Source of the DNA: Plasmodiophora brassicae | Taxonomy: Eukaryota | DNA length: 64,000 nucleotides | Direction of reading: 5' to 3' | Assembly (NCBI GenBank): GCA_036867785.1 | Contig: CP145420.1 | Location: forward strand, 372,001-436,000 | Shown: in pieces, positions 14,356-27,254 of the stretch | How the letters are laid out: each line of letters begins with the position of its first letter | How positions within the stretch are numbered: the stretch's first letter is position 1 | Notes under the pieces: generated by a model | The model's database searches: none | Told to the model about the DNA's origin: nothing | What the model saw: the letters and a program-made list of their open reading frames with translations, nothing else | Made by a program: the position numbers and the translations under genes

Positions 14356-15619
14356 TCAGTCAAGGCACCGCTCGTAGAAGACTGCAAGGCGTTCGTACAT
14401 TGACCTGACGTGCAGATGAGCTAACCTGCCCCCATACAGTCACCATCTATGGCCGGACCATGTCAACGCATTGGACAAGCCGCGTTTGATGAGTCGAGGG
14501 AAAACGCCACGAAAGAGCCCTTTCGGTCCCTCTTCATGGACGACGCGCAGGAATGTCCCCCAAACTCCCGAGGCGTAATTCGACTCGCGAATTTGTATTC
14601 TAGTGCGCAGGACGTCCATTGCTGAGAGCCACACGATCAGCGTGTCGGATCATACAGGCACCTATGCGATGCACGGACGATGGGTGATTACTGTTCCAGT
14701 AGTACCGGAAATCATGCCCGTCAACAGCGACACAGCGATGGACGATTCGATACGTTCTGGACGAGAGACTGTCAGAAACAGCTGTGACGCGATGAGGAGC
14801 CGCGAAACGCACCTTGAAACATTGGTTTAACCTGAGTATAGATCAAGACATTCACTGACGAGTAAGGAACGTCGCGAACAAGGGTTGGCAACAGTCCAGA
14901 ATACAGACCGCGTACGCCTTCAGCCCGTTGGATACTACGTAGCGCGTCCACAAGGCCTGTGTAGTGATCTGCAACGGCGCCCTCGAACCGAGTCTTCACC
15001 AGAGTTAGCGGGCTTAAAAGTGTCGCCGTGAACAGTCTAGAGAAACCACCGGCAAATGCAGCACTCTTCAGTGGCCAGTTAGATCAAGGTCACCACCACA
15101 CATCGCAGGCACGAGAAACGGGGCGTTTCGCACCTCTTTCGTGGCCTTCCCACGTTCGTCTTTGACCAGAAGGGCATTAAGCATTCCGAAGTAGAAGCCT
15201 GGATATAATTTCAGATCCGGAGCATCCATGCGCTAATGGGCCACGAACCTGCTCCAAGTGCGACTCGTACAACGGACGGCCCAACTCCCCGCCACAGCCT
15301 TCCAGTCCCGAATCAGTAACCGCAGTCGTTACAATAGGGAGCACGAGCGTCGTACGCCGTTATGCCTCTTTCTTTGACAATTTGGGTTGCAGCGTCAAAC
15401 GATCGCGAATACGCGGGTACTCTGAGACCTTCCGACCGGAACGTGCCGATCACCGTGGTCTTGACGACGTCGAGCGGCTAAACGCAACGCCCCGTGAGCG
15501 CGGGCAAACGAACGTGGGCAGCGCCCCCTTAGAACCTGAAGGACAGCGGCAGCAACCACCCCGCTGGAGCATCCGGCGAGAACGTGGACGACAGCGCCGC
15601 CTCGCGCATCGCCAGCCAT
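14356..15619 (-). CDS. SLC25A38: Mitochondrial carrier, glycine-carrier type (SLC25A38/Hem25-like)
   Basis: AGCSSGVVAAAVLQ|PLDVVKT, VKTRFE, GLYSGLLPTLVRDVPYS, LFRGVFPRLIKRGLSNALTW|SMYE. RDxP and PR..KR signatures. Confidence 0.85.
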
Positions 15620-15715
15620 AGCAGGGCACCGATGCGACTACTGCGTAGCACGCCGACAACCAGTAGATACCATGAACGAAGACCAAACCGCTGTTTCTAT
15701 CCTCGACTTTATGGG

Positions 15716-17207
15716 TTACGATTGCGATCGTATTTGCAGGCCTTCAACGAGAACCTGTCGGATGGCCCTCTGTAGCTCGCGCCGATCGACGTCGTATTGG
15801 CCGCTGAGGTAGGAGACGCGCCGATAGGGTCGCTGGATCCACATCGCCATATTATGGTATACGTGCTGGACGCTGCGGATGGGCAGAACGACCTCGGTCT
15901 TCAGCTCCACGAGCCCGGCACCTTCGGCTAGCCATAGAACGTGGGTCAACCCGGCCCCGTGAGTGCCAACCAGGACATGGCTGCCACGAGCTTGACGAAC
16001 TTGTTCGATGGTGCTCATGGATGCGAAATCCAAAGACGTTGCCTGGATTGTACGTCCTGAAGCAACGTTACTGGATGGCATCATTTCGGTCAGGAATGCC
16101 GTAATTACCATCGATCGGCGGCATGTCGTTGATAATGTCGACGATCTCGGATTCCTGATCGACTGACATTGCCCGCCCACCATACGATGACTTAGGTCGT
16201 CGCGCGATGAACGTGATAATGAAGGGTCCCGAGGTCGGCGGCTGATGATCTGCCAGCTGAAAATGCCCCACAATACGTTGCGAGAAATCCTGCAGGAGCA
16301 GGTTTCCAGGGCTCTGCGTGCAGGGCGAGAACGGATACCAGGTATTCACCTGCACGACAGTCATTACATCAAGGGTAGTAGTGCACACGATCATGAATTT
16401 CGTACGAGAATGCTTCCGTGCCTGCCACTCATGCCCAGGATAGCCTGACGAGCGCACACTGTTCCGTCGGCAGCTTGGAGCGCTTCAACCGGCACGATGT
16501 TTGGGAAAATGGCGCCCCAGAAGGTATCGATTTCAGGGCGCTTTTTCGTCACCGAACCGTCTGCGACGATCACGTCGACTCCGGATGGGTCAAGGCCTGC
16601 AATAAGGATAGCCTGGAACGCGCCCAGCAGGCTTTCCATGGAGTGATACAGGTTCCAGTATTCATGTCGAGCGGCGAGAAGGATAGGGCGCTTGTGCCAG
16701 CGCCCGGAACACTTTTCAGCCAGTGTCGTGGCCGGCAGGGACTTTAGTGTCAGGAACTCGGCCGGTACAAGAGCCTGGTCATTGTTGAACTCGGTGATAT
16801 CACAGGACAACTCCAACGTCGTGGGGCTTCTGGAAAGCAGCGATTCGATATCCAGCCCGACGTTGTAGAACTCCAGATGGGACTCCGTAGTGGTCGGATT
16901 CATAACGCCATGCATCGTTTTCGCAGTGGCAGAACTCATGCCACCAGGCGTGCAGATATCGAAAGGAGCCGTCCCGGTCCAGGTTCTGTGTACACTGATA
17001 AGTGGCCACCGCTGGGTATTTGATCATCGGGACGTCGTCGACCCACCGAAGGAACCCCCATCCCAGGGATGCATCGCAATTCGTGAATTGGTTGACCCAC
17101 CGTTGCTGACGAACGAACGGGACGACAACGTCGCTCGTCATCACGACAAGGAAGAGCAAGCATGCAAAGGCCATCAATGCCAAGGCGGCAGCGTCCTGAG
17201 CCCGCAT
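15716..17207 (-). CDS. Glycosyltransferase family 61 (EOGT/xylosyltransferase-like), copy A, type II membrane
   Basis: N-terminal TM; RHEYWNLYHSME; FIARRP; VLVGTHGAGLTHVLWL..GAGLVEL; YHNMA.W. Confidence 0.85.
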
Positions 17208-17533
17208 GGCTGGCGACCCAGACGGACAATGCCCCCAGAAGGAACAGGCTGACCGCCGATGCTGCATCTGCCGAACCCTGGTCACGGCCGCGATGTCACT
17301 GCCAACGTCAACGGCTGCCGTTCACTGCGTGTCGGTCGGGCAACGAAAGCCCGGACGGCAACCCCAATAGCCGTTCTGGGGATGTGGTCCAATCGAAACA
17401 GGAGTAGGAATCCGCTTCACGAAACGATACGATACGTGGTACAAATCCGTCGCCGGCGTCGTATTAGAGACCGTGTCAGATGGATGCAGGAGGATGACAG
17501 GAGGAAGAGGGTGTGATTGTGCTTACAGGTACA

Positions 17534-19055
17534 TTATATTACTCCGCTATCGATACTTCTGTGCATGCCTTCGATAACAACGTGCCGTATGGCATCTTGA
17601 AGCTCGCGTCGATCAATGTCGTACTGACTGCTCAGGTATGATACGTGCCGGTATGGTCGTCGTGACCATACGGCCATATTGTGGAACACGTGCTGGACGC
17701 TGCGAAACGGCAGGACGATTTCCGTTTTCAGCTCGACCAGCCCGGCACCTTCTGCCAACCATAGGACATGGCTCAGACCAGCACCATGAGTGCCAATCAG
17801 CACATGACTGCCGCGAGCCGTCCGAACTTGATCAGAAATGCTCAGGGCCGTGAACTCAACAGCGGCCGCGTGAAAAGGTCGTCCTGCAACAAGGAAACTT
17901 CAGTATCCCTGATGAATCTCACAGATGTCAGGCATTCGCCCATACCATTGACAGGTGGGGTATCGTTGATCACGTCGAGTATTTCGGACTCCGTTTCCAT
18001 GGACATTGTCCGACCACCAAACGTGAAATTTGCATCGGGTCGTCGAGCAATAAACGTGACGATGAAAGGTCCCGAGGCGGGCGGGCGGTAATCAACCAGC
18101 TGGAAGTGCCTCAGGATACGCAACGAGAAATCTTGCAGCAACAGATTTCCAGGACTCCGGGCGCATGGGGAGAACGGGTACCATGTATGCACCTGCGGAA
18201 CGACGTTACCAATGTAGCGAATTGACGTTTGCGCATGGCTCATACAAGGATGCTTCCATGTCTGCCCGTCATGCCTAGAACGGCCCGGCGAGCACACAGC
18301 GTCGTGTTGATGTCAACCAGCGTCTTCATAGGTACCAGTCTCGGGAAAACAGCCTTCCACAACTCATCGATTCCAGGGCGTCTCGCTTTCAGTGACCCGT
18401 CAGCGATAATAACGTCGACTGTGGATGGATCAAGATCCGCAATGTGGACCGCTTGGAACGCCCCAATAAGGCTTTCCAGCGAGTGATAGAGATTCCAGAA
18501 TTCATGTCGAACGGCGAGCAGGATCGGTCGCTCGTGCCAGCGCCCATCGCACTGCTGACTCAGCATCCGGGTCGGCTTCCGCTTCAACGTCAGAAACTCA
18601 TCCGGAACAAGAACCTGCTCGTTGCTAAGCCCCCCGATATTACAGGCCAAATCAAGATTGGTCGCCTTGTCAGAAAGAAGCGACTGAGTGTCCAGAGAGA
18701 CATTATAGAATTCCAGATGCGACTCCGTCGTTGTTGGATACAAGATGCCGTGCACCGTCTTCGCGATGGCAGAACTCTCGCCCCCCGGCATGCAGATATT
18801 GGAGGGCGCCAACGATTTCCAGGTCCTACAAACTAATGAATACATCGGCACAGCCCAAAATCGTGCAGCGTCCGCGTCAACGCACCGAAGGAGGCCCCAG
18901 CCCAGCGTCGCGTCGCAGTCGCTAAACCGGTTCGCCCATCTCTGCTGCTGGACGAACGGCACAACGACGCTGCTGGCCAGCATGACGACCCATGTTAGGC
19001 ATGCCGCGGCGAGCACGGCGACGAATTTGGCGCCGGCGACGCGGGCGCCGCGCAT
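17534..19055 (-). CDS. Glycosyltransferase family 61, copy B (tandem paralogue of copy A)
   Basis: Same motifs (RHEFWNLYHSLE, LIGTHGAGLSHVLWLAEGAGLVELK) and collinear with copy A. Confidence 0.85.
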
Positions 19056-19276
19056 GTGGCTCAGAAGGGCGGCGGCGTGGCTTCTAAGGCGTGCCCAGTC
19101 CACAGCCCGCTAGTGTTATTACTATAGTCCTTCACGCCACGGTGACGGGCCGGAGTACCCTTGCAAAATTCTGTGACCGCCTGCTCTGCAATGTACGTAT
19201 ACTACCGTACAGACGGCATAGGTGGGTGTCCATAGGCCATACCGGTAGCCCATGTGTGACGTCCCGCGGTGAACAG

Positions 19277-20432
19277 AACGTTCGAAGTTGCATCCGCCGA
19301 GAAGCGACGTCTCCGCGGCAACCCGCTCGCAGATGCGAAAACGTAAAATGGATTAGGTAGCGGGGTGCGCGCAGATGATGCCGACGGCGGGCCCCTTCCC
19401 GAATTAGCAACTCGGTAAAGACGTTGGCTGCACGATGTTGGTGAACGTGATCTTGGTGACCTGCACGGTCAGCGTGTTTGTAACGTCCGCGCAGGCAGGT
19501 GGCGACGGTGACCTTGATCCGTGTAGTCCGATCAGTGATGACGAGTACTACGAAAAGTTGATGCGACCAATGAGGCAATTACTCTGGTGACGACGTGAAG
19601 TGCGCAGCGCCCGCCATTCATAGGCCTTCATAGTGCTTCGTACCACGCAGCCGATAACAACTTCCAGATTCGGAACGTGTGGTCCAGATTGAGGACGTCG
19701 CCACTGACGGTCTGTTGGTGCAGATCCAGCGTGTCGCCACCGCGTCCTCCCTTCTCCGCTTTCGATGACTTGACGGTTACAACGAACTTGTACCGGGCAC
19801 TGGGTATCTACGAAGATACATACGCTGTACAGGTTCCTGGGACGCAAGGCAACTCCTATTCCACCGTCTTCTTCTGCAGATGGCGCACGCCACCATGCCG
19901 AGGTCCACGGAGCGGACCAGCATTGCGCTGACGTGCCAGCCTTCAAACAACCGGCCATGCTTCGACGCCTTCGACCTCGGTTGATTTGCCGCATTGCAAG
20001 CTAAACAACAGCTGGAACAACAACGAATCCGTGATTACATGGTCGCATAGGTATATTATACAGCCCGGAACGATAACATCCGTGTTCCTGTCGCGGCAAA
20101 TAGCCATGGTGGCGACAAGGTGGCGACGTTTTCAGGGTATATCGCGTTAATGACTGTTATCATTCTCAAATGAAGCGAACGAGCAGCCAGAGTGGCTTTC
20201 GCCTGTCATGGATGTTACCGAGAGCAGGTCCAAGCTGAATGGCTCTTCGACCACTTCACGCAGGGCGCCAATAGTCGCATGCAGGAGTCTGCCACAAGCA
20301 GTTCCGCTGGCAGCGCGTGCCATATCAGCTGACGGTTGCGTGCAACAAAGGAATCATCCAGTCGGCGAAGGCTACCTCCAGAGCCACCTGCCACGTCAGG
20401 TGGAAATCTGTCAGCAATACGGATACAGGTAG
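19277..20432 (+). CDS. Possible multi-exon hypothetical protein
   Basis: Series of short GT/GC-AG-bounded segments with protein-like translations (AGGDGDLDPCSPISDDEYYEKLMRP; terminal ORF 20208..20432). Model not fully resolved. Confidence 0.3.
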
Positions 20433-20742
20433 CATATCCGAACTGCGACGTTCGAATGTGCTCCCTACATTTCTGATCTTGAGGTATGGTGTTTAGGCGG
20501 CACTGTGGAAATTGTTGTCGTGGTGAAAATCTATGTAGATATGCAAATTTCTGGCACCTGATCTCAGGGAAGGACCTCATTCCGTCCAGGTCCACCTCGC
20601 TCGGCACTGGGTGAACGTGGTGAACGGTAGTCCATGTGTGTCATATTCAGATGGCGGTGACGCAATGGAACTGGGCGCGTGCCAAGAGGGCCCTGTCATC
20701 CCGACAGTAGACAGAAAGCGTGGCGAGAGGGCGACGCGGGCC

Positions 20743-22308
20743 ATGGCTCGGGCCGTTCGCCCGTTGTGGGCGTCGTTAGCCATTGCATTGGCAATAGCCA
20801 TAGCCGTAGCAGACGATCGGGTGCTAATCGCACCCGATTGTGTTGCCGACAATGTCGCCGCCTTTGCGGCGCTGACGATCAACGGTGGGCCCAGTGACCA
20901 GACAAAGGGCATTCTCCAAGAGCTCAAAAATGCCAACGCCAAAGCAGTATTCTTCTTCGACCGGAAAGGCATGTCGTCACCCAAATACGACGATGTCGTG
21001 AAGAGCGCTGCGAACGATGGACACATCGTGGCTTGCCGTGCCGACCATGAGGAACAGGCCGCATGCCAACAGCAGATTGAAAGCATAACGGGGAAACGCC
21101 CACGATACCGACGCCCTGTCGGCACAGCCGACGGGGCGTCGTTTTCCGTTGAAACCAGAACGGCCAGCGAGGCGAACCAGACCATCATCTTGTGGAACCT
21201 GGATCTGTCACAGTACCCGAGCACGGCGACCGCGTCCGATGCCGTATTGGAGGCGTTCAGGAATCGCTACTTCTCAGTCGACGGCACTCTGGCGCGCAAC
21301 GGGTCGTTCATCATCGTTCTCGACAACAACCAGGATCTGCTGGCGACGTTCCAGATCCAGGGCGGCAACAAAGGTCCACGTACGATCGTCTCAGCCATCT
21401 CCTACTATGCGGCGATGATGGATTTCCACATTGTCGACATGCAGACGTGCACCGGCGAATACCCATGGCTGGCGTCGGTACCTGCCGGGAGAACCGGCGC
21501 CAACAGTCCATCCAGTTCCGACGTATCCTCATGGTCTACATGGGCCATCGTCGTCGGCGTCATTCTCGGCTTCATGATCCTCGCTTGTGTCCTGTACGGG
21601 CGAGCGCGATCGAGGTTGCACAAGAACGCGCAGCGCCAGCGTGATAATCTGGAGGCGATGCATGACGAGACCGTGTTTGTGGCGGGTGATCGAGGGGATT
21701 TCGAGCAGAGCGTGCCGGACGGGGACTCGGACAGTGCTGTGGGGATCCATCAGGCCACGATTCGGCCCGATCGGAAGAAGCGCCGGCCGACGCGCAAGAA
21801 GGATTTCCGCGATCTGCCACATTACGAGATCGCCGTCGACCCACATGGCAGGCGGCGAGCGTCCAGTCGGCGTGCCACCACTGGGAACATTGGCAATCGA
21901 ACGGGATCGAAAACGAAACCGGCGAACCGCCCCGCGCGCGTGTTTGACGACGATGACGACAACGACAACCAGCTGGCAGTGCGGCCGAAGCGCATGCATC
22001 GTCGCCCTGTGACGTTTGATTTTTCGACATCGCCGGTAGCGAGACGAAAGACGGGCAGGGACGCCGTTCAGCTTCCGTTCCAGCCATTCGATTACGGAAG
22101 CGGCGCTGCGCACCCGGCTTCGCCTGGACCGGAACCGCAGCCGTCCGGCTGGACCGCGAGATGGAGAGCGGCAACGCGACGGATGCCGACAGGTGATTCG
22201 GTTAACGACGACAGCAACCTCGACGCTGACTTTGAGGAACCCGACTTCACGCCGGGACCGGTGACGTCCGTCGTCTTCAAGAACGATCTCAGCAACAGGC
22301 TTCCGTAG
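20743..22308 (+). CDS. Type I membrane protein with degenerate CE4/NodB polysaccharide deacetylase ectodomain
   Basis: Signal peptide (MARAVRPLWASLAIALAIAIAVA); NodB-like AALTINGGPSDQT..IL..LK..NAKAVFF, TGKRPRYRRP, IILWNLD; TM WAIVVGVILGFMILACVLY; long basic cytoplasmic tail; apparently intronless. Confidence 0.8.
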   Translation: MARAVRPLWASLAIALAIAIAVADDRVLIAPDCVADNVAAFAALTINGGPSDQTKGILQELKNANAKAVFFFDRKGMSSPKYDDVVKSAANDGHIVACRADHEEQAACQQQIESITGKRPRYRRPVGTADGASFSVETRTASEANQTIILWNLDLSQYPSTATASDAVLEAFRNRYFSVDGTLARNGSFIIVLDNNQDLLATFQIQGGNKGPRTIVSAISYYAAMMDFHIVDMQTCTGEYPWLASVPAGRTGANSPSSSDVSSWSTWAIVVGVILGFMILACVLYGRARSRLHKNAQRQRDNLEAMHDETVFVAGDRGDFEQSVPDGDSDSAVGIHQATIRPDRKKRRPTRKKDFRDLPHYEIAVDPHGRRRASSRRATTGNIGNRTGSKTKPANRPARVFDDDDDNDNQLAVRPKRMHRRPVTFDFSTSPVARRKTGRDAVQLPFQPFDYGSGAAHPASPGPEPQPSGWTARWRAATRRMPTGDSVNDDSNLDADFEEPDFTPGPVTSVVFKNDLSNRLP

Positions 22309-22951
22309 GGTTCACACGAATGACTCGTTGCCGACATTGGCTGATTTGTGTTTGTGGCAGGCCGAACTGGACCGAACATGTCGACCCGGGTTCGGGACAC
22401 ACCTACTTCTGGAACAGCCTGACGAATGCGTCCACGTGGAACCGGCCAACGAGATAACCCCGTTTCGGTTGCTGTCAATATTATTCGGCAACACCGTCGC
22501 ATTCATACACTGTGCCAGACTTCTGTACACAATGGTTATCCGCACGCACCCAGGTCACATACGAGTCGGAGCTGGACTACGTACCTACGTACCGGTGCGT
22601 GCACGTTCAGTCACGCGACGAAAATTGCGTGATGGGCAGCGGCACGACGTCGTGACGACCAAAAAAATCGTCGCGGCTCACTTCGCGCGAGGTGGATTCT
22701 CTCTCGGCGCATCCGGTCGTGCCCGCTATGACGACGCCGTCATGCATCACGGTCCAGTACGGGTCAGTGACCTGCAAGTTCGTGCTTCCGTCCACCGGGG
22801 CCGCTCTTGAAGACGTCGGTGCCTGCGTGCGGCTGTAGTTGTACATCGATGTGCTGAGAAGGCGATTGCGCAGTTGATCAAACGGGAGTTCATGCTTGGG
22901 TCACAGGTGCAGGTCGGCTTGACGGTTCCGAATGTCGCGTCGTCCCAGAAG

Positions 22952-24614
22952 ATGCCCGGCCTAGAAGGCATTCAGGTTGTTCAGGATCAAACTGTAAATG
23001 CTGGAGTTGGATGCTAATGTTGTTGTTAGGATTCTCGAGAAAACGACGTCGCCGCATCGCGAGATGTCATTGTCCCCCTCGACATTCCCGTTCTGAAAGA
23101 GCTTCCCCCCGAAAATGTGTTTACTGTTCGTGTTTATCCATCAGCAAAGGATAGCATCCACTCGGTGACAAGCTCGTCCTATCGGTTCTCGAGCTCGAAG
23201 TTTATGCTGGTTCCAGGGCGAATCACCTGTGCAAGTTATTGCCCAGTACGACTTCAAAGGCCAGAACGAATCTGAGCTGTCGTTCTCTGCCGGTGACGTA
23301 ATTGTCCTTGAGTATCAGTATTCCAAGGTCTGTATTGCCACATGCCGGTTGAACAGTGGCTAATAAGGTAAGGCTTTAGGATTGGGCGAAAGGCCACCTT
23401 GCCGCAAAACCCGCGGAATCGGGTTTCTTTCCGTCGAACTACGTCTTCGGGCTGCCTCCTTTCTCTGATAACGGGCCTGAAGTCGCAACTCTATCGAATT
23501 GCAACTTTCAGGATGACGAGTATTTCGAAGGGTATGCCAACCTTAACATTCACCTAGAGATGCTGCAGGTACGTCGCAATGGCTGACTGCCGCTCTTTGG
23601 GCGTGTCTGACAGCATTGCTTGCAGGATAAGTCCCGGACGCTTGCTTACAAGAAGGCTGTCGAACTGGCATCCGGGTTTATCAAGGGAAGGATCGTTCTT
23701 GATATTGGGTGTGGGTCGGGTGTGCTTTCTATCTTCTGTGCAAATGCCGGGGCTGCTCATGTGTATGCCGTTGACGCGTCATCGGTTATTGAGCACGCTC
23801 GGATTGTTGTTAACGAGAACGATTTGTCCGATCGTATCACTCTCCTTAAAGGTCAGGGTCATTGTCACTTGATGTCACCGTTTGCCTCATCCAGTTTCTA
23901 GGTAAAATCGAGGACATCACTCTACCTGTCGAGAAAGTCGACGTAATCATATCGGAATGGATGGGTACGCTCTTGATCTGCGAGTCGATGATTGCGTCTG
24001 TGCTGTCTGCGCGTCAACGCTATCTAGCGCCAGGGGGGTTGATGATGCCAAACATTGGCAACATCCGTCTGGCTCCTATCGACATCAGCGACTTTTATGA
24101 CAGCAAGATCGCTTTCTGGGACGACGTCTATGGCATCAAGATGTCCGGCCTGAAGGCCAAGGCCATGAGCGACTTCTTTTCCAAGCCAATCTTTGATCGC
24201 ATTATTCAGCCCGGGGAATGCCTGGCCGATGATGTTGTTACTCAAACTGTCGACATGACGACCGCCGACGTGGAATCGTTGGAGAGAATGCGCAGCTCGT
24301 TTTCCTTCTCCATTGCAAAGTCGGGGACGCTTCACGGATTCGGTGGGTGGTTTGACTGTCAGTTTCAAGCGGACCCGAAGTCGAAGACCCCATTTGTGCT
24401 ACTGTCGACTTCTCCGTTCGACACTCCGACGCATTGGCGACAAGTCACGTTTGTATTGGCGAACCCTCTTGCCGTCAGCGAGGGTGACATCGTTCAAGGG
24501 CACATTGAGATTCGCCGGCAGGCATTCTGGCGACGTCACTTCGAGGTCGAGCTGACGTTCAAAGTTGGCGAAGAACGGGAGGAGACGACTCAGGTGTTCC
24601 CGCTGTGGCGTTAG
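22952..24614 (+). CDS. Protein arginine N-methyltransferase with N-terminal SH3 domain (PRMT2-like architecture)
   Basis: SH3: VIAQYDFKGQNESELSFSAGDVIVL..DWAKG..GFFPSNYV. PRMT: YFEGYA..IHLEMLQDKSRT, VLDIGCGSG, DVIISEWMG..E, THW loop (PTHWRQ). Confidence 0.9.
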
Positions 24615-25245
24615 CTAGCCCGTGGTCCCCTTGACGATTTCGCTATACACGTCTCGCATGCGTTTAAGGCTCAAAACACTGGGATAGTGTCGCAGAGAGG
24701 CGTCTTTTATGGAAGCGGCCTGGAACTCCATCCTGCAAATGAGTACCGGTACATGGGTCTGCTGGTGGCTGCCGCCACCGCAAGTGTTCACGCTCGAACC
24801 GCTCTGCAGTTTTGGCCCGATTCCCAGAAGGCGGGTCGGCTTGCGCCGCTGCGCGTCCAAGGTGTGTTAACGCTATCTCTGTCGAGATTCGTATTTGCTC
24901 CCTGTCGGTCCGTTGTCAATCGTTTCCGACAACGGATGTGACCTCAGAGAGATCCAATGCTCTCTGTCGTTCATCCCACTTTGCCTTGACCTGGTAGTTA
25001 CACCTGTCCGAGCGTTTGCGAACGGAACGATGTTCTTCTAATGTGTTTGGACCGCATCTGCCGTCGTGGTGCCTTTTATGTTGCGGCATTGTGTTGCTGT
25101 CGTCTATGACAGGGTCACCCCCTTCTGACTATCAAAGGACGTCTCAGAGAATGCGGCAACAGATGTGTACCCGACAATTGAGAGGCGGCGCAGTGAGGTA
25201 CAGCGGTCGACAGACTGCACGATACGTGGGAGATTAGTATTACGT

Positions 25246-27254
25246 TTATGTTTGAGTTGGGACATCATCGTGTGAGCTTCCAGCGTCCTCATTACTCCAG
25301 GGTACGTTAGATCGCCTATCTTCTTCTCCGTCGTTCGAACTGTCCTCGTTGTTGTAATCGTCGCAGCGAAGAATGGCCTCTTGACCGCATGGAGGATCAG
25401 AACGTCGCTCCCCTACATGTGCATCTGTCCAACGGATCCCATGTTGCTGGGGACCAGGTTCCCTCTCCTCAAACGGTGCGGTTGTTTCGCCGTCCGATTC
25501 AGTGTGACTCGCCTTGCACTCAGAATCGGATCTCCGAGCATTCTCGGCATCCGCATCTCGATCACCGCTTTCAGCATCGGTGTCAGATGCAGGCACAGCA
25601 ACTCGTGCGCGTCTCGAAGGTTTCTTCTTGGCATTACGCAGGAGCAGTCGTAGCTTGAGTCGTCGTAGTGCCCGCTGGGAACGAAGCTGCGACGCCTCAA
25701 GGCTGTCCGCGTACCGTTGCAACTCAGCGTTCGCCAGAAGCAGGGAAGGCGGCCGGACCGAAAAGCGCAGAACGAGGGCGCCACTCTCTGAGACGTATCC
25801 GTCACGAATTAAAGCATCTATGCGGAAGAACCTGGAAAAGGATTAGAAGTACGACATTCAGAGAAGCAGATCACAACCCTACCGGTTGTAACCCCAGCTC
25901 TCCCCGGATTCAAACTTTGAGCAGAACCGCCTGGTTATCGTTTTCTCAGGGTCTCGATGGTTGACCTGTCGGCAGACCTAAATCTCCCAACGCTCGCAAA
26001 TATCTGCCAGGGCTACACGTACCATTTGGACTTGATACTCGTACTGCTCGGCGCCGGTGAACTCAGACGACATCTCCAGAAAGACGCTGAGAAACACACC
26101 TCTAGCGGTTCCGTTGCCGTTCGGATAAACCTTGAGACGCCAAGTCAAACCATTTCGAGAGAATGGCTGGCTGTAGATGAGTTCCTCGTTGGCATGGGCT
26201 TCAAGGAAGCTCGATAGACAGAATACAGCACCATGGAATTCCGGGGCAATCTATGTGAAGATGTTTTGACCCAACACTATTGAGGAGCGCGAACGATGTT
26301 CGCTTACCTCAGATTGGAACCGATCGGACACTGATTGCACCTTCGTCCGCGCCCTTACCCGCGCGCTGTTGGCCATTGATTGCAGATCGATGCTCCTGCG
26401 TATCAATTCGCTCCTCGCGCACAGATTCGGGTCGATGTGGCAGGACAGCTCATGAACAATTGACTCAAGGACGCTAATCTAAGCAAGGAGCAATCAGACA
26501 ACGTGCGAATGTCCTGGCACAGAGGAATCACCTCTCGAGCAAGGTCGTTCCGTTGTGCCTCGAGAATCAGCATCTTCGAGCGCATTTGGGACAGAATGTT
26601 CTCATGCATCTGGTTCATGGCGGCGCGCAGTGCAGTAACAGCCTCGTTCTTCCCGAGGACGATGGCGTTAATGTTCGCAGAAATGACGGAATCTTGCTCC
26701 TTCAGTTGGGCAATGCGTTCCTCGACGGCGGCCACCTCCTGTTTCAGCCGCTGCGCTTGACGGTCGTGGACGACAGCAAGCTTTTCGAACGTGTGGCCGG
26801 CGTGCTTGGAGCTCAGCATTGAACAGTCCGCACAGATGCACTGCTGGCAGTCCGAGCAGACGTACTGCAACTCGACGTCGTGTTCCGGGCACATCTCGCG
26901 AGGCAGTACCGGGGCGCGAGTCTGCATGCGGTCCATGGCCTTCGCCAGGTCCTGCACGAACCGGCAATTGACCAGATTCTCGGCGTACAGCTCAGCCTGG
27001 CAGTGAGGGCACTGCGGCCGACGTTCGGTTAGCCACCGAACAATGCACGTCTTGCAGCACATGCTGCTACACGACGGGCACCTACATCCGCACACGAGTG
27101 GGCGCAGCGCACACGACAAGACGCGTCTCGCTTACAGATGGGCGTCAACAACACGGTCGAAACAGATGAAACATCGCAGGATGTCGTCGACTTCGTCGCC
27201 ATCGGCCAGGCGCCTGGGCGTCACGCTGGGCGACCAGGCCGACATCGCCTGCAT
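25246..27254 (-). CDS. TRIM37: RING-B-box-coiled-coil-MATH E3 ligase
   Basis: LRCFICFDRV..CPSCSSMCCKTCIVRWLTERRPQCPHC; B-box CPEH..C..C..C..H.GH; coiled coil; MATH (GLTWRLKVYPNGNGTARGVFLSVFLEM, ESWGYNR). 3' end uncertain. Confidence 0.88.
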
